This document shows, in pieces, positions 18,646 to 28,829 of a stretch of DNA of 64,000 bases. The stretch lies in contig CAYMJM010000003.1 in NCBI GenBank assembly GCA_964391325.1, positions 3,211-67,210 on the forward strand. The letters run 5' to 3'. Position numbers and translations under genes: made by a program. Below the pieces are notes generated by a model that was not told the origin of the DNA, ran no database searches, and worked only from the letters and a program-made list of their open reading frames with translations. Source of the stretch: an uncultured Candidatus Saccharibacteria bacterium (lineage in GTDB: Bacteria > Patescibacteriota > Dojkabacteria > B142 > JAFGMG01). Within the stretch, counting starts at the first letter, position 1; each line of letters opens with the position of its first letter.

Positions 18646-20562
18646 ATGGATGATCTAAACCTAGAGCAAAGAAGGGCTGTTGAATTAATTAATGGCCCTG
18701 TTGTAATCAAGGCCGGTCCTGGTACGGGGAAAACAAAGACGCTGGTTGCTAAAATAAGTTATTTGCTTCATTCTGGAGTACATCCTGAGGCGATACTAGC
18801 ACTTACTTTCACTAAAAAAGCAGCAAAAGAAATTGCAAGCCGTATTAAAATTAGCGAATCAAGTAGCAAAAAACATCTTAATGTTTATACATTTCACAGC
18901 TTTGCTTACGAACTTCTGAGACAAGAGAATGATAATGTAAATATCATAAATAACGACCAGAAAAGAAAAATCCTTTTAGGTTTGCAAGAAAGTGCCCCTG
19001 ATATTAAGAATATTAGTTTGAGAGAGCTAGAGTTAATTATAAGCAGGGCTAAAAATATAGAAACCCGAAATGAGAAAATTCAACAATTAGTTGACACATA
19101 TCAAAGATTGATAGAGGCGGAGGGATTTATAGATTTTGATGATCTCTTGCTAAAGCTTATTAATTCTCTCTCAGACAACGCTACCAAATTACAGCAAATC
19201 CAAGACAAGTACCGCTATGTTCTAGTGGATGAGTTTCAGGATACTAATTTTATTCAGTATAAACTGATCCGGATGCTCACTGGAAAGTATAGGAATATAA
19301 CTGTAATTGGAGATCCTTTACAGTCAATTTATACTTTTAGAGGCGCTGATAGCACTATATTTGACCAGTTTTTCAATGACTATCAAGAAGTGGAAGTTGT
19401 TGAATTTACGGTCAATTATCGTTCGCGTAAAAGTATTTTGAAAACAAGTACGAGGCTGTTTCCAGATAGCAGAGAACTGCACTCTTTCAAAGAAGGGCAT
19501 CCGGGGGTGGTAGCTTTGATTGAGACATTAGATTCTTATACAGAAGCTGCATGGATTATTAATAAAGTAGAGGAAAAAGTAGGAGGCAGTGATTTAAACA
19601 AAGCATCTGATATGGCTGGCAATCAAGATGAGTCAGCTCGTTTTAAAGATTTCGCTATATTATACAGAGTGCATGGCATTAACCATGTCATTGAACAGAA
19701 GCTAAGAGAGTCAGGGATTCCATATCAAAAAGTGGGGGCAGAAAGTATGTATGATAAAAAAGAGATCAATTTTATTATCACACTTCTTAAATACTATCAT
19801 TCAAGAGAAGATAAAGACCTACTTCTTGTGCTGAGTCATCCTTATTTAAAATTATCACGAGCAGTTTTAGGTAAAATACAACGTTTCTATAAGAATGAAG
19901 GCAATTTACGGGAAATGCTTCTAACAATTATCTCTCAGAAAAATTTGACAAAGTCACAGATTGGAAAATTAAGGACAATAATAAATAATATTGAACAAAT
20001 TGATTCTGTTATCAAAGAATCAAATGTATCCGCTGTTGTGAGCTTCATTGTAGAAAAGTTTAATATACTTGAGTCTGGAAATGAACAAACTGAGTTGGAG
20101 ATTAGGGAGTTTATTAATAATTTAGGTAGATTTGAAGATGATCCAGCCAGTCTGGGCACATTTCTCGATTATCTTACCGAAATAGAAGCTCAAGATTATT
20201 ATGATGATAAGGTTGATAAGATCTCTTTAATGTCGATTCATGCAGCAAAAGGCTTGGAGTTTAAATATGTTTTCATTATAGGTTTAGAGGAGGGGATAAT
20301 TCCTTACCAAAAGAGCATTGAGGAAAACAATATCGAAGAGGAGAAACGGCTTTTGTATGTTGGAATGACAAGAGCAGAAGACGGTCTTTATCTTCTATAT
20401 ACACAAGAGCGTTGGAAAGAAGGCTACATAAAGGCTTCTTCCTTTAAGAAGTTCATTGAGGGCAAGCCTTTGCTGGAGATCCAAGATGAGGCAATAGCAA
20501 AGGTAAAAAAGGCAAGGGAAAGGTACAAAGCTAAAAAAAGTCAAATTAGGTTTGGAATTTAA
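18646..20562 (+). CDS. ATP-dependent DNA helicase, UvrD/PcrA/Rep family
   Basis: Walker A AGPGTGKTKTL, motif VDEFQDTN, C-terminal helicase motifs VGMTRA; 638 aa. Confidence 0.9.
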   Translation: MDDLNLEQRRAVELINGPVVIKAGPGTGKTKTLVAKISYLLHSGVHPEAILALTFTKKAAKEIASRIKISESSSKKHLNVYTFHSFAYELLRQENDNVNIINNDQKRKILLGLQESAPDIKNISLRELELIISRAKNIETRNEKIQQLVDTYQRLIEAEGFIDFDDLLLKLINSLSDNATKLQQIQDKYRYVLVDEFQDTNFIQYKLIRMLTGKYRNITVIGDPLQSIYTFRGADSTIFDQFFNDYQEVEVVEFTVNYRSRKSILKTSTRLFPDSRELHSFKEGHPGVVALIETLDSYTEAAWIINKVEEKVGGSDLNKASDMAGNQDESARFKDFAILYRVHGINHVIEQKLRESGIPYQKVGAESMYDKKEINFIITLLKYYHSREDKDLLLVLSHPYLKLSRAVLGKIQRFYKNEGNLREMLLTIISQKNLTKSQIGKLRTIINNIEQIDSVIKESNVSAVVSFIVEKFNILESGNEQTELEIREFINNLGRFEDDPASLGTFLDYLTEIEAQDYYDDKVDKISLMSIHAAKGLEFKYVFIIGLEEGIIPYQKSIEENNIEEEKRLLYVGMTRAEDGLYLLYTQERWKEGYIKASSFKKFIEGKPLLEIQDEAIAKVKKARERYKAKKSQIRFGI

Positions 20563-20584
20563 GGATTGGTAAATACTTTTTAAA

Positions 20585-21029
20585 CTAGCGTTTAGATACT
20601 GGGTTAGCACAATTCTTGCAGTAACCAAAAAATTCTATAGAGTGGTCAATTTTCTTAAATCTCAACTTTCTTTGTATTTTTATTTCAGTTTTTAGTATCA
20701 ATTCTTCCACTCCTCTTAGTTCTACAGCAATAATTTTACTACAGCCCTTACACACAATATGATGGTGGTGCTTCTTTTGTGCCAATTCGTAGCGGATATA
20801 GTTATCGTTAAAGTATACTTCTTTGATTATCCTATTCTGTAGTAAAAATTCAAGATTTCTGTATATAGTAGCTTTGTCTGCAGAGGTAACTTTACGTACC
20901 TTGAAAATAATTTCTTTTGGGGTTAGCGGCTTATTAGCTTCCATCAAAGCTTCAAGGATTGATAGTCGCTGCTTGGTTATACGAAAACCTCGATTTTTTA
21001 ATCTGTCTGTTAGCTCTAAAGTTTTCATA
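20585..21029 (-). CDS. Fur-family metalloregulator (probable Zur)
   Basis: HHHH-x-C-x2-C ... C-x2-C metal sites, winged-helix N-terminus; divergent from znuACB; start set to ATG at 21029 (track start 21037 is TTG). Confidence 0.85.
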
Positions 21030-21031
21030 CT

Positions 21032-21058
21032 TGACAATTAAAACACTTAATTATAATA
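21032..21058 (+). promoter_or_regulatory. Candidate sigma70 promoter of znuA (TTGACA -35, TATAAT/TAATAT -10) embedded in AT-rich imperfect palindrome TAATA-N5-TATTA (possible Zur box)
   Basis: TTGACA at 21032-21037, TATAAT at 21053-21058 (15-nt spacer) or TAATAT at 21055-21060 (17-nt); 35-40 nt upstream of the znuA ATG. Confidence 0.4.
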
Positions 21059-21091
21059 TATGTTATTAGTTATTACAACTGAGTTGCAATA

Positions 21092-22030
21092 ATGGACAAG
21101 AAAAAAATAATCCTTTTTGTAAGTGCAGCTATTCCGATCCTTTTAGTACTGTTTTTCCTTTCTTTTCCTGAGAGGCAGGAAAAGAAAGACGACAAGCTAA
21201 AAGTAGCGGCGAGTATTTTTCCAATATACGATATAACAAGGCAAATAGCAGGAGACAAAGTCGAAGTAGTGCAAATACTTCCTAATAACCAGAGTGAGCA
21301 TACATACAGCCCAACAATTAGAGACAAGGAAAGGGTAATGGGTTCAGACGTTGCATTGTTAATAGGGTTAGGGATAGATGACTGGTGTATAGACCTCTTA
21401 GACGACGATACTCTGACTTATACTCTTTATAAAGATATCAATCTGATTGCAGCAGAGGAGCTGGCAATCGAGGAAGAAGGTGTTATTGAAGATGATCATG
21501 AAGAGTATGAAATTGCGGACCCACATTACTGGATGTCGATTCAAAACGGCATAATTATTACTGATAATATTAAGAATATTTTATCAGAGATGGATCCAGA
21601 TAATTCTGACTATTATGAAACACAAGCTAATCAATATAAAGCCCAACTTGCTGTAGTATATGATAAGTATCAGCAAAGTTTACATGAATTAGAAAAGAGA
21701 GAATTAGTTACCTTTCATGAAGCTTTTAACTATCTGGCAAGGGAATTGGGATTAAATGTTGTCGCGACAATAGAACCATTTGCTGGCAAGGAACCCAGTC
21801 TTGCTTATATACAAAAGGTTGGGAAGATAATAGAAGAGTATGATATTAGAGTTTTATACAAAGAACCTCAGTTATCAGATGTTTCCTTAGAGCCTTTAAA
21901 AAACGCTTATGACGTTGAAATAAGAACCTTAGACCCATTAGGAGGTGTGGAAGACCGAGATTCCTTTATAAAATTGTTAGAGTATAATATAAATATAATT
22001 TTTGAAGACCTTAATGAAAACAGTAATTGA
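21092..22030 (+). CDS. znuA: Metal (Zn/Mn) ABC transporter substrate-binding protein, ZnuA/TroA family
   Basis: Signal-anchor, cluster-9 SBP fold motifs, acidic/His loop DDHEEYEIADPHYW; 312 aa. Confidence 0.85.
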   Translation: MDKKKIILFVSAAIPILLVLFFLSFPERQEKKDDKLKVAASIFPIYDITRQIAGDKVEVVQILPNNQSEHTYSPTIRDKERVMGSDVALLIGLGIDDWCIDLLDDDTLTYTLYKDINLIAAEELAIEEEGVIEDDHEEYEIADPHYWMSIQNGIIITDNIKNILSEMDPDNSDYYETQANQYKAQLAVVYDKYQQSLHELEKRELVTFHEAFNYLARELGLNVVATIEPFAGKEPSLAYIQKVGKIIEEYDIRVLYKEPQLSDVSLEPLKNAYDVEIRTLDPLGGVEDRDSFIKLLEYNINIIFEDLNENSN

Positions 22031-22667
22031 GCTGAAGGATATCAGTGCTGGTTATAATAACGCTTTAGTATTAAAGGATATAAACCTTGCCATAAAAGAA
22101 GGAGAACAGCTGTTTGTTTTGGGAGGCAATGGTTCTGGAAAAACTACTTTAGTTAAAACAATTTTAGGCTTGGTCAAGCAAGATAAGGGGGAAGTTTTGA
22201 TATATGGCGAAAGACGTACACAAGAAGCAGTCGCAAGTAACTTCGGCTATGTCCCACAATCAACCTCTGGTATTAGGACTTTTCCAATATCAGTAAGTGA
22301 AGTTATTAAAATTGAATGTAGTATGGCTGATAATTGTCCAGTAGGAGTGATTGAGCATTTAGAAAAGTTTAATGCTGAACATCTTATGGATAGAAAGTTG
22401 AGCGATTTGTCTGGAGGTGAGTTTCAGAGAGTTCTGCTGGCTCGAGCATTTGTTACACAGCCGCAAGTGCTTGTCTTGGATGAGCCAACCAATAATCTTG
22501 ATGTAGAGTCTATTCATAGATTGCATGAAATAATTGTTGACTATAAAAATAGTGGACATACTATTATTACTATATCTCATGACGATGATGTCGTAGAAGA
22601 AACTCGAGTAGATAGTAAATCCAGAGTGGTTAAACTAGAGGAGGGTACATTAGTTAATCTAGATTAA
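22014..22667 (+). CDS. znuC: Metal ABC transporter ATP-binding protein
   Basis: Walker A GGNGSGKTT, signature LSGGEFQRV, Walker B VLVLDEP; start moved to ATG 22014 (track start 22002 is TTG). Confidence 0.85.
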   Translation: MKTVIELKDISAGYNNALVLKDINLAIKEGEQLFVLGGNGSGKTTLVKTILGLVKQDKGEVLIYGERRTQEAVASNFGYVPQSTSGIRTFPISVSEVIKIECSMADNCPVGVIEHLEKFNAEHLMDRKLSDLSGGEFQRVLLARAFVTQPQVLVLDEPTNNLDVESIHRLHEIIVDYKNSGHTIITISHDDDVVEETRVDSKSRVVKLEEGTLVNLD

Positions 22668-22668
22668 T

Positions 22669-23481
22669 ATGAATATTATCGATACGTTTACACAACCATT
22701 TATGCTACAGGCCTTATTTGTTGGTATCTTGGTAGGAATTTTACTGGCAGTATTAGGTGTCTTCATAACCTTAAGAAATAAGGCGTTTTTGGTAGATGGG
22801 ATTTCGCACGGATCTCTGGCAGGCATTGCTATCGGTTTAGTACTCTTCGGCCAGCCATTGATGCTTGCACTTATGGTCGCAGTTTTAATTGCAGTAGGCA
22901 TCACGTATTTTCAGAAAAATTCAAACGTGCAGGTAGATTCTTTAATAGGAATTTTTTATACAGTTTTCTTTGCACTTGGAGTCCTTATAATCAATCTTTC
23001 TAGTAGTTACCAGCCTGATATCACCAGGTACTTATTTGGGTCTTTATTATTTTTAGATGAGGGATCTATGTACCTGTCAGCAGGAACCTTTTTTATAGTG
23101 TTTATTTTAATATTATTTAACTATTCCAAATTGCTATATGTTACCTTTGACCCTGAGGCTGCTTATATCAGAGGAATAAAAGTGGATCGATGGGAACTCT
23201 TACTAAATATTATGACAAGTATGGCAATTGTTATTGCCTTAAAACTTATTGGGGTCGTAATGGTTTCAGGGCTCGTCATTATTCCAGCTAGTATTGCCAG
23301 GTTGCTAGCTAGAGATTTTAAGTCCATGATTCCCGTCTCTATTTTGGCAAGTATTACCTCTACTATATTAGGGATAGTACTTTCGTATTATCTTGATGTT
23401 CCCTCCGGGGCCTCTATTGTGATGATCGCCGGGATCATCTTCCTTCTGTCGTTCCTTCTTCATAAGATCAGACTGTTTTAA
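22669..23481 (+). CDS. znuB: Metal ABC transporter permease
   Basis: 270 aa, 7-8 TM helices, immediately follows znuC (1-nt gap). Confidence 0.85.
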   Translation: MNIIDTFTQPFMLQALFVGILVGILLAVLGVFITLRNKAFLVDGISHGSLAGIAIGLVLFGQPLMLALMVAVLIAVGITYFQKNSNVQVDSLIGIFYTVFFALGVLIINLSSSYQPDITRYLFGSLLFLDEGSMYLSAGTFFIVFILILFNYSKLLYVTFDPEAAYIRGIKVDRWELLLNIMTSMAIVIALKLIGVVMVSGLVIIPASIARLLARDFKSMIPVSILASITSTILGIVLSYYLDVPSGASIVMIAGIIFLLSFLLHKIRLF

Positions 23482-23596
23482 TATACTTCTATCTTAATTT
23501 TGCCTTTTGCAAGGTAAAAGGGCATAATTATGTAAAGCTCTTTTAAATCTGCGTTTTAATTTAGAGAGCAGGTATTTTATTTTTTATATACTTTTT

Positions 23597-23854
23597 ATGA
23601 ATATATTGGTATGGATCCTGGTGGGTTTGATTGCAGGTGGATTAGCCGGATGGTTTGTGAAGGGAAGAGGATTTGGGTTGGTAGGCGATACGATAGTAGG
23701 TCTTTTGGGCGCGTTAATTGGTGGCTTCCTATTTAGCTTATTTGGGCTGGAAGCTGATAACATTTTAGGTTCTATAGTTGTATCGTTTGTCGGGGCTGTT
23801 GCTCTATTAATGCTTGTCAAAGCGGTTAAACCAAGTACCTCGCCAGCCGCTTAG
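23597..23854 (+). CDS. GlsB/YeaQ/YmgE family stress-response membrane protein
   Basis: 85 aa, Gly-rich TM helices (GGLAGW, GALIGG) typical of transglycosylase-associated protein family. Confidence 0.75.
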   Translation: MNILVWILVGLIAGGLAGWFVKGRGFGLVGDTIVGLLGALIGGFLFSLFGLEADNILGSIVVSFVGAVALLMLVKAVKPSTSPAA

Positions 23855-23887
23855 AAACTTGAAATTTGATATTGGGTAAAAAGTTAG

Positions 23888-25147
23888 TTAGTAGTCGCCA
23901 TGTGTGGGTCTATGACGTAATACGTATAAAAGGTCATTTTTCCTTACCTTCTTGCTAATTTTGAAAGTGATTACCTCTCCCTGTGTAGCCATCTGAATTG
24001 CTTTTTCGTCTTTTAGCATTGATTCAATCTTTCCTCTTGCCAGGCCTGTTGTCGGTCCAGTAATTATGTACTTATCTCCAATCTGAAATTGATCTTTGGC
24101 CTGTATTCGTGCTTGTGCAACGCCTATTTTAGGATAGTAGCGTTCTATTATTCCGATATGTGTTCGTTCCTGCGTAGCCTTACTACCATATACGCCTGCC
24201 CATTCGTTTATCTTGCGACCCATGTAGAAATTCTGGGTAAAGCCTCTGTTGAATACTGTTTTGAGTTCTTGATTCCATTTCTTTACAAGTTCTTGTGAGT
24301 AAGTTCTATCTTCAATAGCTTGTAGTGCCTCTTTATACGTCCGTATTACAGTATCTACGTACTCCGGTGATCTGCCGCGACCTTCAAACTTTAATACCTT
24401 AATGCCGGTTTTAACTAGCCCAGGAAGCATACCAATAGTGCAAAGATCTGCAGAACTCATGATGTAGTTGTTATCAACCACGAGTTCTTTTCCGCTACTT
24501 AAATCTGTAACTTTATACTCCCTTCTGCACATTTGGCTACACTTTCCACGATTTGCGGAAGTATTGTAACAATACATACTCATTCCGCATCTCCCGCTGA
24601 CAGCTACACATAGTGCTCCGTGTGCAAAAACTTCAACCTCAATCAGTTTTCCCTTTGGTCCTTTGATATTTTGAGCTTCTATTTGTTTGACTATACCTTC
24701 TACTTGTTTTAGGGATAGTTCGCGCGCTAATACAACTCTGTCTGAAAATTGTGAATAAAACTTTAAGCTTTCTGAATTTGAAATAGACATTTGAGTTGAT
24801 ATATGTACTTCAATGTTCTGAGATCTTGCATATTGGATGGTAGCCATGTCTGATGCGATTATCGCATCAATTTTATACCTCTCTGCTCCCTCTACTATTT
24901 TTCGCATTCGGTCAAGTTCTTCATCGTAAAGCAAAGTGTTTAAGGTAATGTAGGTTTTTACACCTTTTCGTTTACACCTGCGGGTAACTTCCTGAAGATC
25001 TTCAAGCTTGAAGTTGGCCGCTGCAGTTGCACGCATATTAAAATCGTCAATACCAAAATAGATGGCATCTGCGCCAGCATCTATAGCTGTTTGTAATGTT
25101 TCAAAAGAACCTGCGGGAGCAAGTAACTCGATGTGTTCTGTCTTCAT
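23888..25147 (-). CDS. Peptidase U32 family protein
   Basis: N-terminal ELLAPAGSFETLQTAIDAGADAIYFG and E..ARELS motifs of U32 (collagenase-like/RlhA/TrhP) family; 419 aa. Confidence 0.85.
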   Translation of the reverse strand: MKTEHIELLAPAGSFETLQTAIDAGADAIYFGIDDFNMRATAAANFKLEDLQEVTRRCKRKGVKTYITLNTLLYDEELDRMRKIVEGAERYKIDAIIASDMATIQYARSQNIEVHISTQMSISNSESLKFYSQFSDRVVLARELSLKQVEGIVKQIEAQNIKGPKGKLIEVEVFAHGALCVAVSGRCGMSMYCYNTSANRGKCSQMCRREYKVTDLSSGKELVVDNNYIMSSADLCTIGMLPGLVKTGIKVLKFEGRGRSPEYVDTVIRTYKEALQAIEDRTYSQELVKKWNQELKTVFNRGFTQNFYMGRKINEWAGVYGSKATQERTHIGIIERYYPKIGVAQARIQAKDQFQIGDKYIITGPTTGLARGKIESMLKDEKAIQMATQGEVITFKISKKVRKNDLLYVLRHRPTHGDY

Positions 25148-25203
25148 GGTTTTCAGAAATCCTCTTAAACTCCGATTTTATCATTTATAGTGAAACTTGG
25201 GAG

Positions 25204-25605
25204 TTATTTTTTTGATTCCAGACTTTCTAATGCTGCTTTGAACATACGTTCATGGTCATCCTCTCTATCTATTGCAACTTGAAAGGCTTTAATAGCCTCT
25301 TCCTTATTGACAGCTTCTTCTTCTTTGGCTTCCTCAATCATTTTTGGGTACATGGTATCAACTTCGTCTGCTTCTCCTTCTACCGCGTCACGGAGGTTCT
25401 CTAAAGTTGATTTTACTAGGCCTGCAGCTCTAAGGTGTGTTATGCCATGAATTGTCTCCGCCCCAGCTGCTTCCATAAAGAGTTGAGCTATCTCAGGCAT
25501 TCTTTCTTCCATTGCCTGTTGTGCAAAAGCAGTATATTTTAATCTTGCCATCGCTTCTCCCTGTGCAGCCTTCAGGAGATTTTCATTGGTTTTCGTTGCT
25601 TGCAT
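25204..25605 (-). CDS. Rubrerythrin-like ferritin-fold diiron protein (no rubredoxin domain)
   Basis: E..H-type ligand helices (EAMARLKY..., PEIAQLFMEAAGAETIHGITH); 133 aa; probably co-transcribed with U32 gene. Confidence 0.7.
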   Translation of the reverse strand: MQATKTNENLLKAAQGEAMARLKYTAFAQQAMEERMPEIAQLFMEAAGAETIHGITHLRAAGLVKSTLENLRDAVEGEADEVDTMYPKMIEEAKEEEAVNKEEAIKAFQVAIDREDDHERMFKAALESLESKK

Positions 25606-25666
25606 TAGTACACTATTAATAAATAAAATATTTTAATTATAGTAATTAGTGTTTAATTCGGTCGTA

Positions 25667-26827
25667 TCATGCGCCAATTATTATCAACTCTTCCTGAGCA
25701 CGGGTTACTGCAGTGTAAAGCCATTTTTTCCACATTTCGTCCGTCATCTGCTTAAATCGTTCTTCAAACAGAACGACTTTTTTCGCTTCGCTTCCTTGGG
25801 CTTTATGGACAGTCAGGGCATATCCATAATCGAATAGATCTGCTTCTAAAGTTTCCTTACGTTTACTGGAAAAATTATAAACCATTTTTGAGTTGAATTG
25901 TTGAGCCAAGATAATACCTTGGAAGAAATGTCCATCATCAAATTCTATTTTCGCATAATAATCCTTCGTTTCTGGGCTAATTGAGTTAATAGTGCCTAGC
26001 ATTCCATTAAATATCTGCTTTTTATGGTTATTACGAAGACAGATAACTCTATCTCCGATTACTGGAATTTCCGTTTCAATGCCTTTATTTTGTCTGATTT
26101 GTTGATTTAGTTTAATACGTGTGAAGTTGTAACCACAGAGTATTAAAGTATTTGAGTTATATCCTTGCAATATGTCTTCAAGCTCATTATAAATATCCGG
26201 ATCATACCTATTGATTTTTCTTACGCCGTTACCAAAGACTCCTACGGGGATTTGTCCGGTTTGTCTGGCTATTTGTGATACATGGATGATAGGATCTCCT
26301 GCTGCCTGGCGATGTATCTGTTCCAGCTTGATATCTGGTTGCTGCATCAAATTAAATTCTCCCTCTATTGGCGGTAGCTGTCCATGATCTCCCACAGCTA
26401 GTACTGGTATTGAATAACTCAGCATATCCTGCCAGATTCTTTGATTAACCATAGATGCTTCATCAACAATAATTAAATCAATATCTATAGTATCTTTTCC
26501 TTCCCATCCAATGATTTCCTCTGTTTTAGGGTCTATGATCGGGGAGTAGAATAGAGAATGGATGGTGCCTATATAATCTTGCTTATATTTTGATTTGGAG
26601 TGCGAAATCTTGCCTTCCAGAACTCTTGCTCCCTTTCCAGTGTAGCTTACAAAAGCAACTTTAAGTTTATTATTTTTCTTATGGAGTTGTTGCCTTAGTA
26701 TGGAAATAAGGGTTGTTTTTCCTGTGCCTGCATAACCTCCTAACGTGATATAAGATTTCTTGTCCTTTTGTCTATACCATGACAGCAGAACGTCTAATGC
26801 GTATTTTTGGTCGGGAGATAGTTGCAT
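25667..26827 (-). CDS. RecD-like/Dda-like SF1B ATP-dependent DNA helicase
   Basis: Walker A GYAGTGKTT, Walker B IIVDEASM, motif VGDHGQLPP, C-terminal TVHKAQGSE and TAVTRAQ; start set at ATG 26827 (MQLSPDQ...), the track N-terminus upstream is hydrophobic junk. Confidence 0.8.
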   Translation of the reverse strand: MQLSPDQKYALDVLLSWYRQKDKKSYITLGGYAGTGKTTLISILRQQLHKKNNKLKVAFVSYTGKGARVLEGKISHSKSKYKQDYIGTIHSLFYSPIIDPKTEEIIGWEGKDTIDIDLIIVDEASMVNQRIWQDMLSYSIPVLAVGDHGQLPPIEGEFNLMQQPDIKLEQIHRQAAGDPIIHVSQIARQTGQIPVGVFGNGVRKINRYDPDIYNELEDILQGYNSNTLILCGYNFTRIKLNQQIRQNKGIETEIPVIGDRVICLRNNHKKQIFNGMLGTINSISPETKDYYAKIEFDDGHFFQGIILAQQFNSKMVYNFSSKRKETLEADLFDYGYALTVHKAQGSEAKKVVLFEERFKQMTDEMWKKWLYTAVTRAQEELIIIGA

Positions 26828-26912
26828 GACATAATATTGTAACAGAAGAGGTAGCCAATATAAATAATATATTGGATATATATGATATAATATTACGTTT
26901 ATACTAAATAAT

Positions 26913-27899
26913 ATGAGAGAGGTCAACTCGCCTGTATGGGAGCAATGCAAAAATAACTTCAATAGGAGAGGCATTATAGATATCGTGAGAAGACCAGATG
27001 CATGGGCGCCTATTTTAGATAGGGTGCTAGAGACATTTCTCGAAAGTCAGGAAGGATTTATTAGAATTTATGAAAAAGCGCTTAAAATGCCCTGTGAAGC
27101 TAGTTTAAATGTGATTGATGTCGGTGATATTTCATTAGGTGGAGTAATTACTTATGATTTTGGGACGCAAGCTGTCCCTTTATTTAGAAGAGACTACCTT
27201 TCCAATTCAGAACAAGACAGGGTAGTTGAACAGATACCTGTTGTAAATATAGATGCTTCACGAAGGAATAAGTATATAGGTATCAGTGGACCAACAAGTT
27301 TAACATCAGGCTTCTTGAACAATGGCATTTTGTCAGTTGGACCACAAGGAGAGATTGTTTCGACAGGTATTCCTCCTTTCAAGGGTGGAATAATTATAAA
27401 ACAAGATTTATCTCTAGAGCTAGCAACAGCCGAACAATTAACAGAAATTCATTTTGATAGGGAGACTAATATAGCAGCATTAGGCGCTTCTTTGACTCTA
27501 GATACAAATTTTCTGCATGAACTGCAGCCAGGGGAAGCAGATCTTCTTCTATTAGCAAGAAGTATATGTATAGAAAATAAATATTTAGACTCATATAATG
27601 ACCAGTTTGGTTTTCTTTCCCAATCTAAAAAGGGTGATATGCTATATCATGTTGTTTCTTATTCGCCTAGAAGGGGAGACGAAGTTCACGCCGCAAATCC
27701 AACGTCTCACTTTCCCGATCCAATAGGAGAAAGTGTCGTTTGGGGAACATATTTATTGCTAAGGCATTTAGAGACTTACAAAGAGCCTAGAACAGCAGTG
27801 CTGCTGGAGGAATTTATACGTGGAGTCCCTTTTGTAGTTTCGAGGCATAGACGCCAAACTGCGCCAGTAGAATTCCTTTTCCCGGTCCAAGCAAAATAA
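26913..27899 (+). CDS. Hypothetical protein (328 aa), locally elevated GC
   Basis: Clean ATG start, long ORF, no recognisable motif; divergent from helicase gene. Confidence 0.55.
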   Translation: MREVNSPVWEQCKNNFNRRGIIDIVRRPDAWAPILDRVLETFLESQEGFIRIYEKALKMPCEASLNVIDVGDISLGGVITYDFGTQAVPLFRRDYLSNSEQDRVVEQIPVVNIDASRRNKYIGISGPTSLTSGFLNNGILSVGPQGEIVSTGIPPFKGGIIIKQDLSLELATAEQLTEIHFDRETNIAALGASLTLDTNFLHELQPGEADLLLLARSICIENKYLDSYNDQFGFLSQSKKGDMLYHVVSYSPRRGDEVHAANPTSHFPDPIGESVVWGTYLLLRHLETYKEPRTAVLLEEFIRGVPFVVSRHRRQTAPVEFLFPVQAK

Positions 27900-27945
27900 C
27901 CTGTAAAGATATCTTTTTATAGTAATAAATGAATACTTCGTATGC

Positions 27946-28572
27946 TCAATTAGACTGATTATTTAATAGACTATAGAGAGTGTTACTTAAAGCATGGTCC
28001 ACTCCTCTTAGTTCATGTTCAGTTAATTCACTATAGTACTTCCATCTTCCATGCAAATTTATTTGAGAAATTGAAGCAAAGAAATAACCGGCCATCAATT
28101 TTTCACTTACTGTGTTTATCAATCTACAATTCAATTTTGCACCTTTACTTTTCAGTTTCTTGCCATCGTATAAAGCAAAGCCGTAGCTGAAGGTCGTTGA
28201 GATCTGTCCTCCATACTTGTTAGCCAAAGTTACGTAGTAGTTTAAGGCCAAGCTATCACTGAATTTCCCATATTTTTTTATAACAGGGTCTTTTATGCTC
28301 ATGCTTGGCTTGTCTGCTTCTTCAATATTATCGAATTGAATTGTGTCATCTTGGGTTAGTACCGGATATTTAAGCCTTAACTTCTTCCAATAATGTATGG
28401 CTTTCTCTTCTGCTATTCTCATAGGTGAATTTTGATTTTCAATTGGTGCTGGAATTTCATAACTTAAATCTGAAAGTGTCAGGATTGTCAGTCTCGATTT
28501 CTGAAGTATATTTTTGACTCTTCGTATTTTAGCGGGATTTGTTGTAGCAAACAGAATTTTTTCGTACTTCAT
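27946..28572 (-). CDS. Ham1/RdgB-family non-canonical purine NTP pyrophosphatase-like protein
   Basis: N-terminal ILFATTNPAKI, EENA..KA region, DDTIQFD and SYGFALYD align with the ITPase fold motifs (FATGNxxK, E..ENA, Dsgl, GyGFgYD) recalled from Mj0226/RdgB. Confidence 0.6.
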   Translation of the reverse strand: MKYEKILFATTNPAKIRRVKNILQKSRLTILTLSDLSYEIPAPIENQNSPMRIAEEKAIHYWKKLRLKYPVLTQDDTIQFDNIEEADKPSMSIKDPVIKKYGKFSDSLALNYYVTLANKYGGQISTTFSYGFALYDGKKLKSKGAKLNCRLINTVSEKLMAGYFFASISQINLHGRWKYYSELTEHELRGVDHALSNTLYSLLNNQSN

Positions 28573-28593
28573 CTAATAGTGAGTTATAGCGTC

Positions 28594-28778
28594 TCGACTT
28601 CCTCGCCTTTCGACCCTTCGTTTACACTCAGGGCTCAAGGCTCGGAGCTCGAACTGACATAAGAAAATAAATTGTTAAGCTAAACTTATAAACTGTCAGT
28701 TCGAGCCCTTCGACTAAGCCAGGATAAACTAGCTTGCCTTGAGCGAAGCCGAGAGGAGAACTGACATACTTAAATACT
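28594..28778. repeat. GC-rich composite nested palindromic/direct-repeat element (putative MITE-like or structured-RNA element)
   Basis: 13-bp perfect inverted repeat GCTCGAACTGACA (28647-28659) / TGTCAGTTCGAGC (28694-28706) around a 34-nt AT-rich loop; outer inverted repeat CTCAAGGC (28634-41)/GCCTTGAG (28736-43); direct repeat GAACTGACATA at 28651-61 and 28758-68; CCCTTCG(AC) copies at 28604-20 and 28706-14. Confidence 0.6.
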
Positions 28779-28829
28779 AATTCGTAACTTAGATTCAATT
28801 AACTTCTAACTTCTTTTTGTATGAACTAT

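Noticed and set aside
26828-26974. 49-codon upstream extension of the RecD-like helicase (track start 26974)
   Set aside because: Translation (MPLLLKLFLHCSHTGE...) is hydrophobic junk overlapping the divergent promoter region; ATG at 26827 gives a canonical helicase N-terminus.
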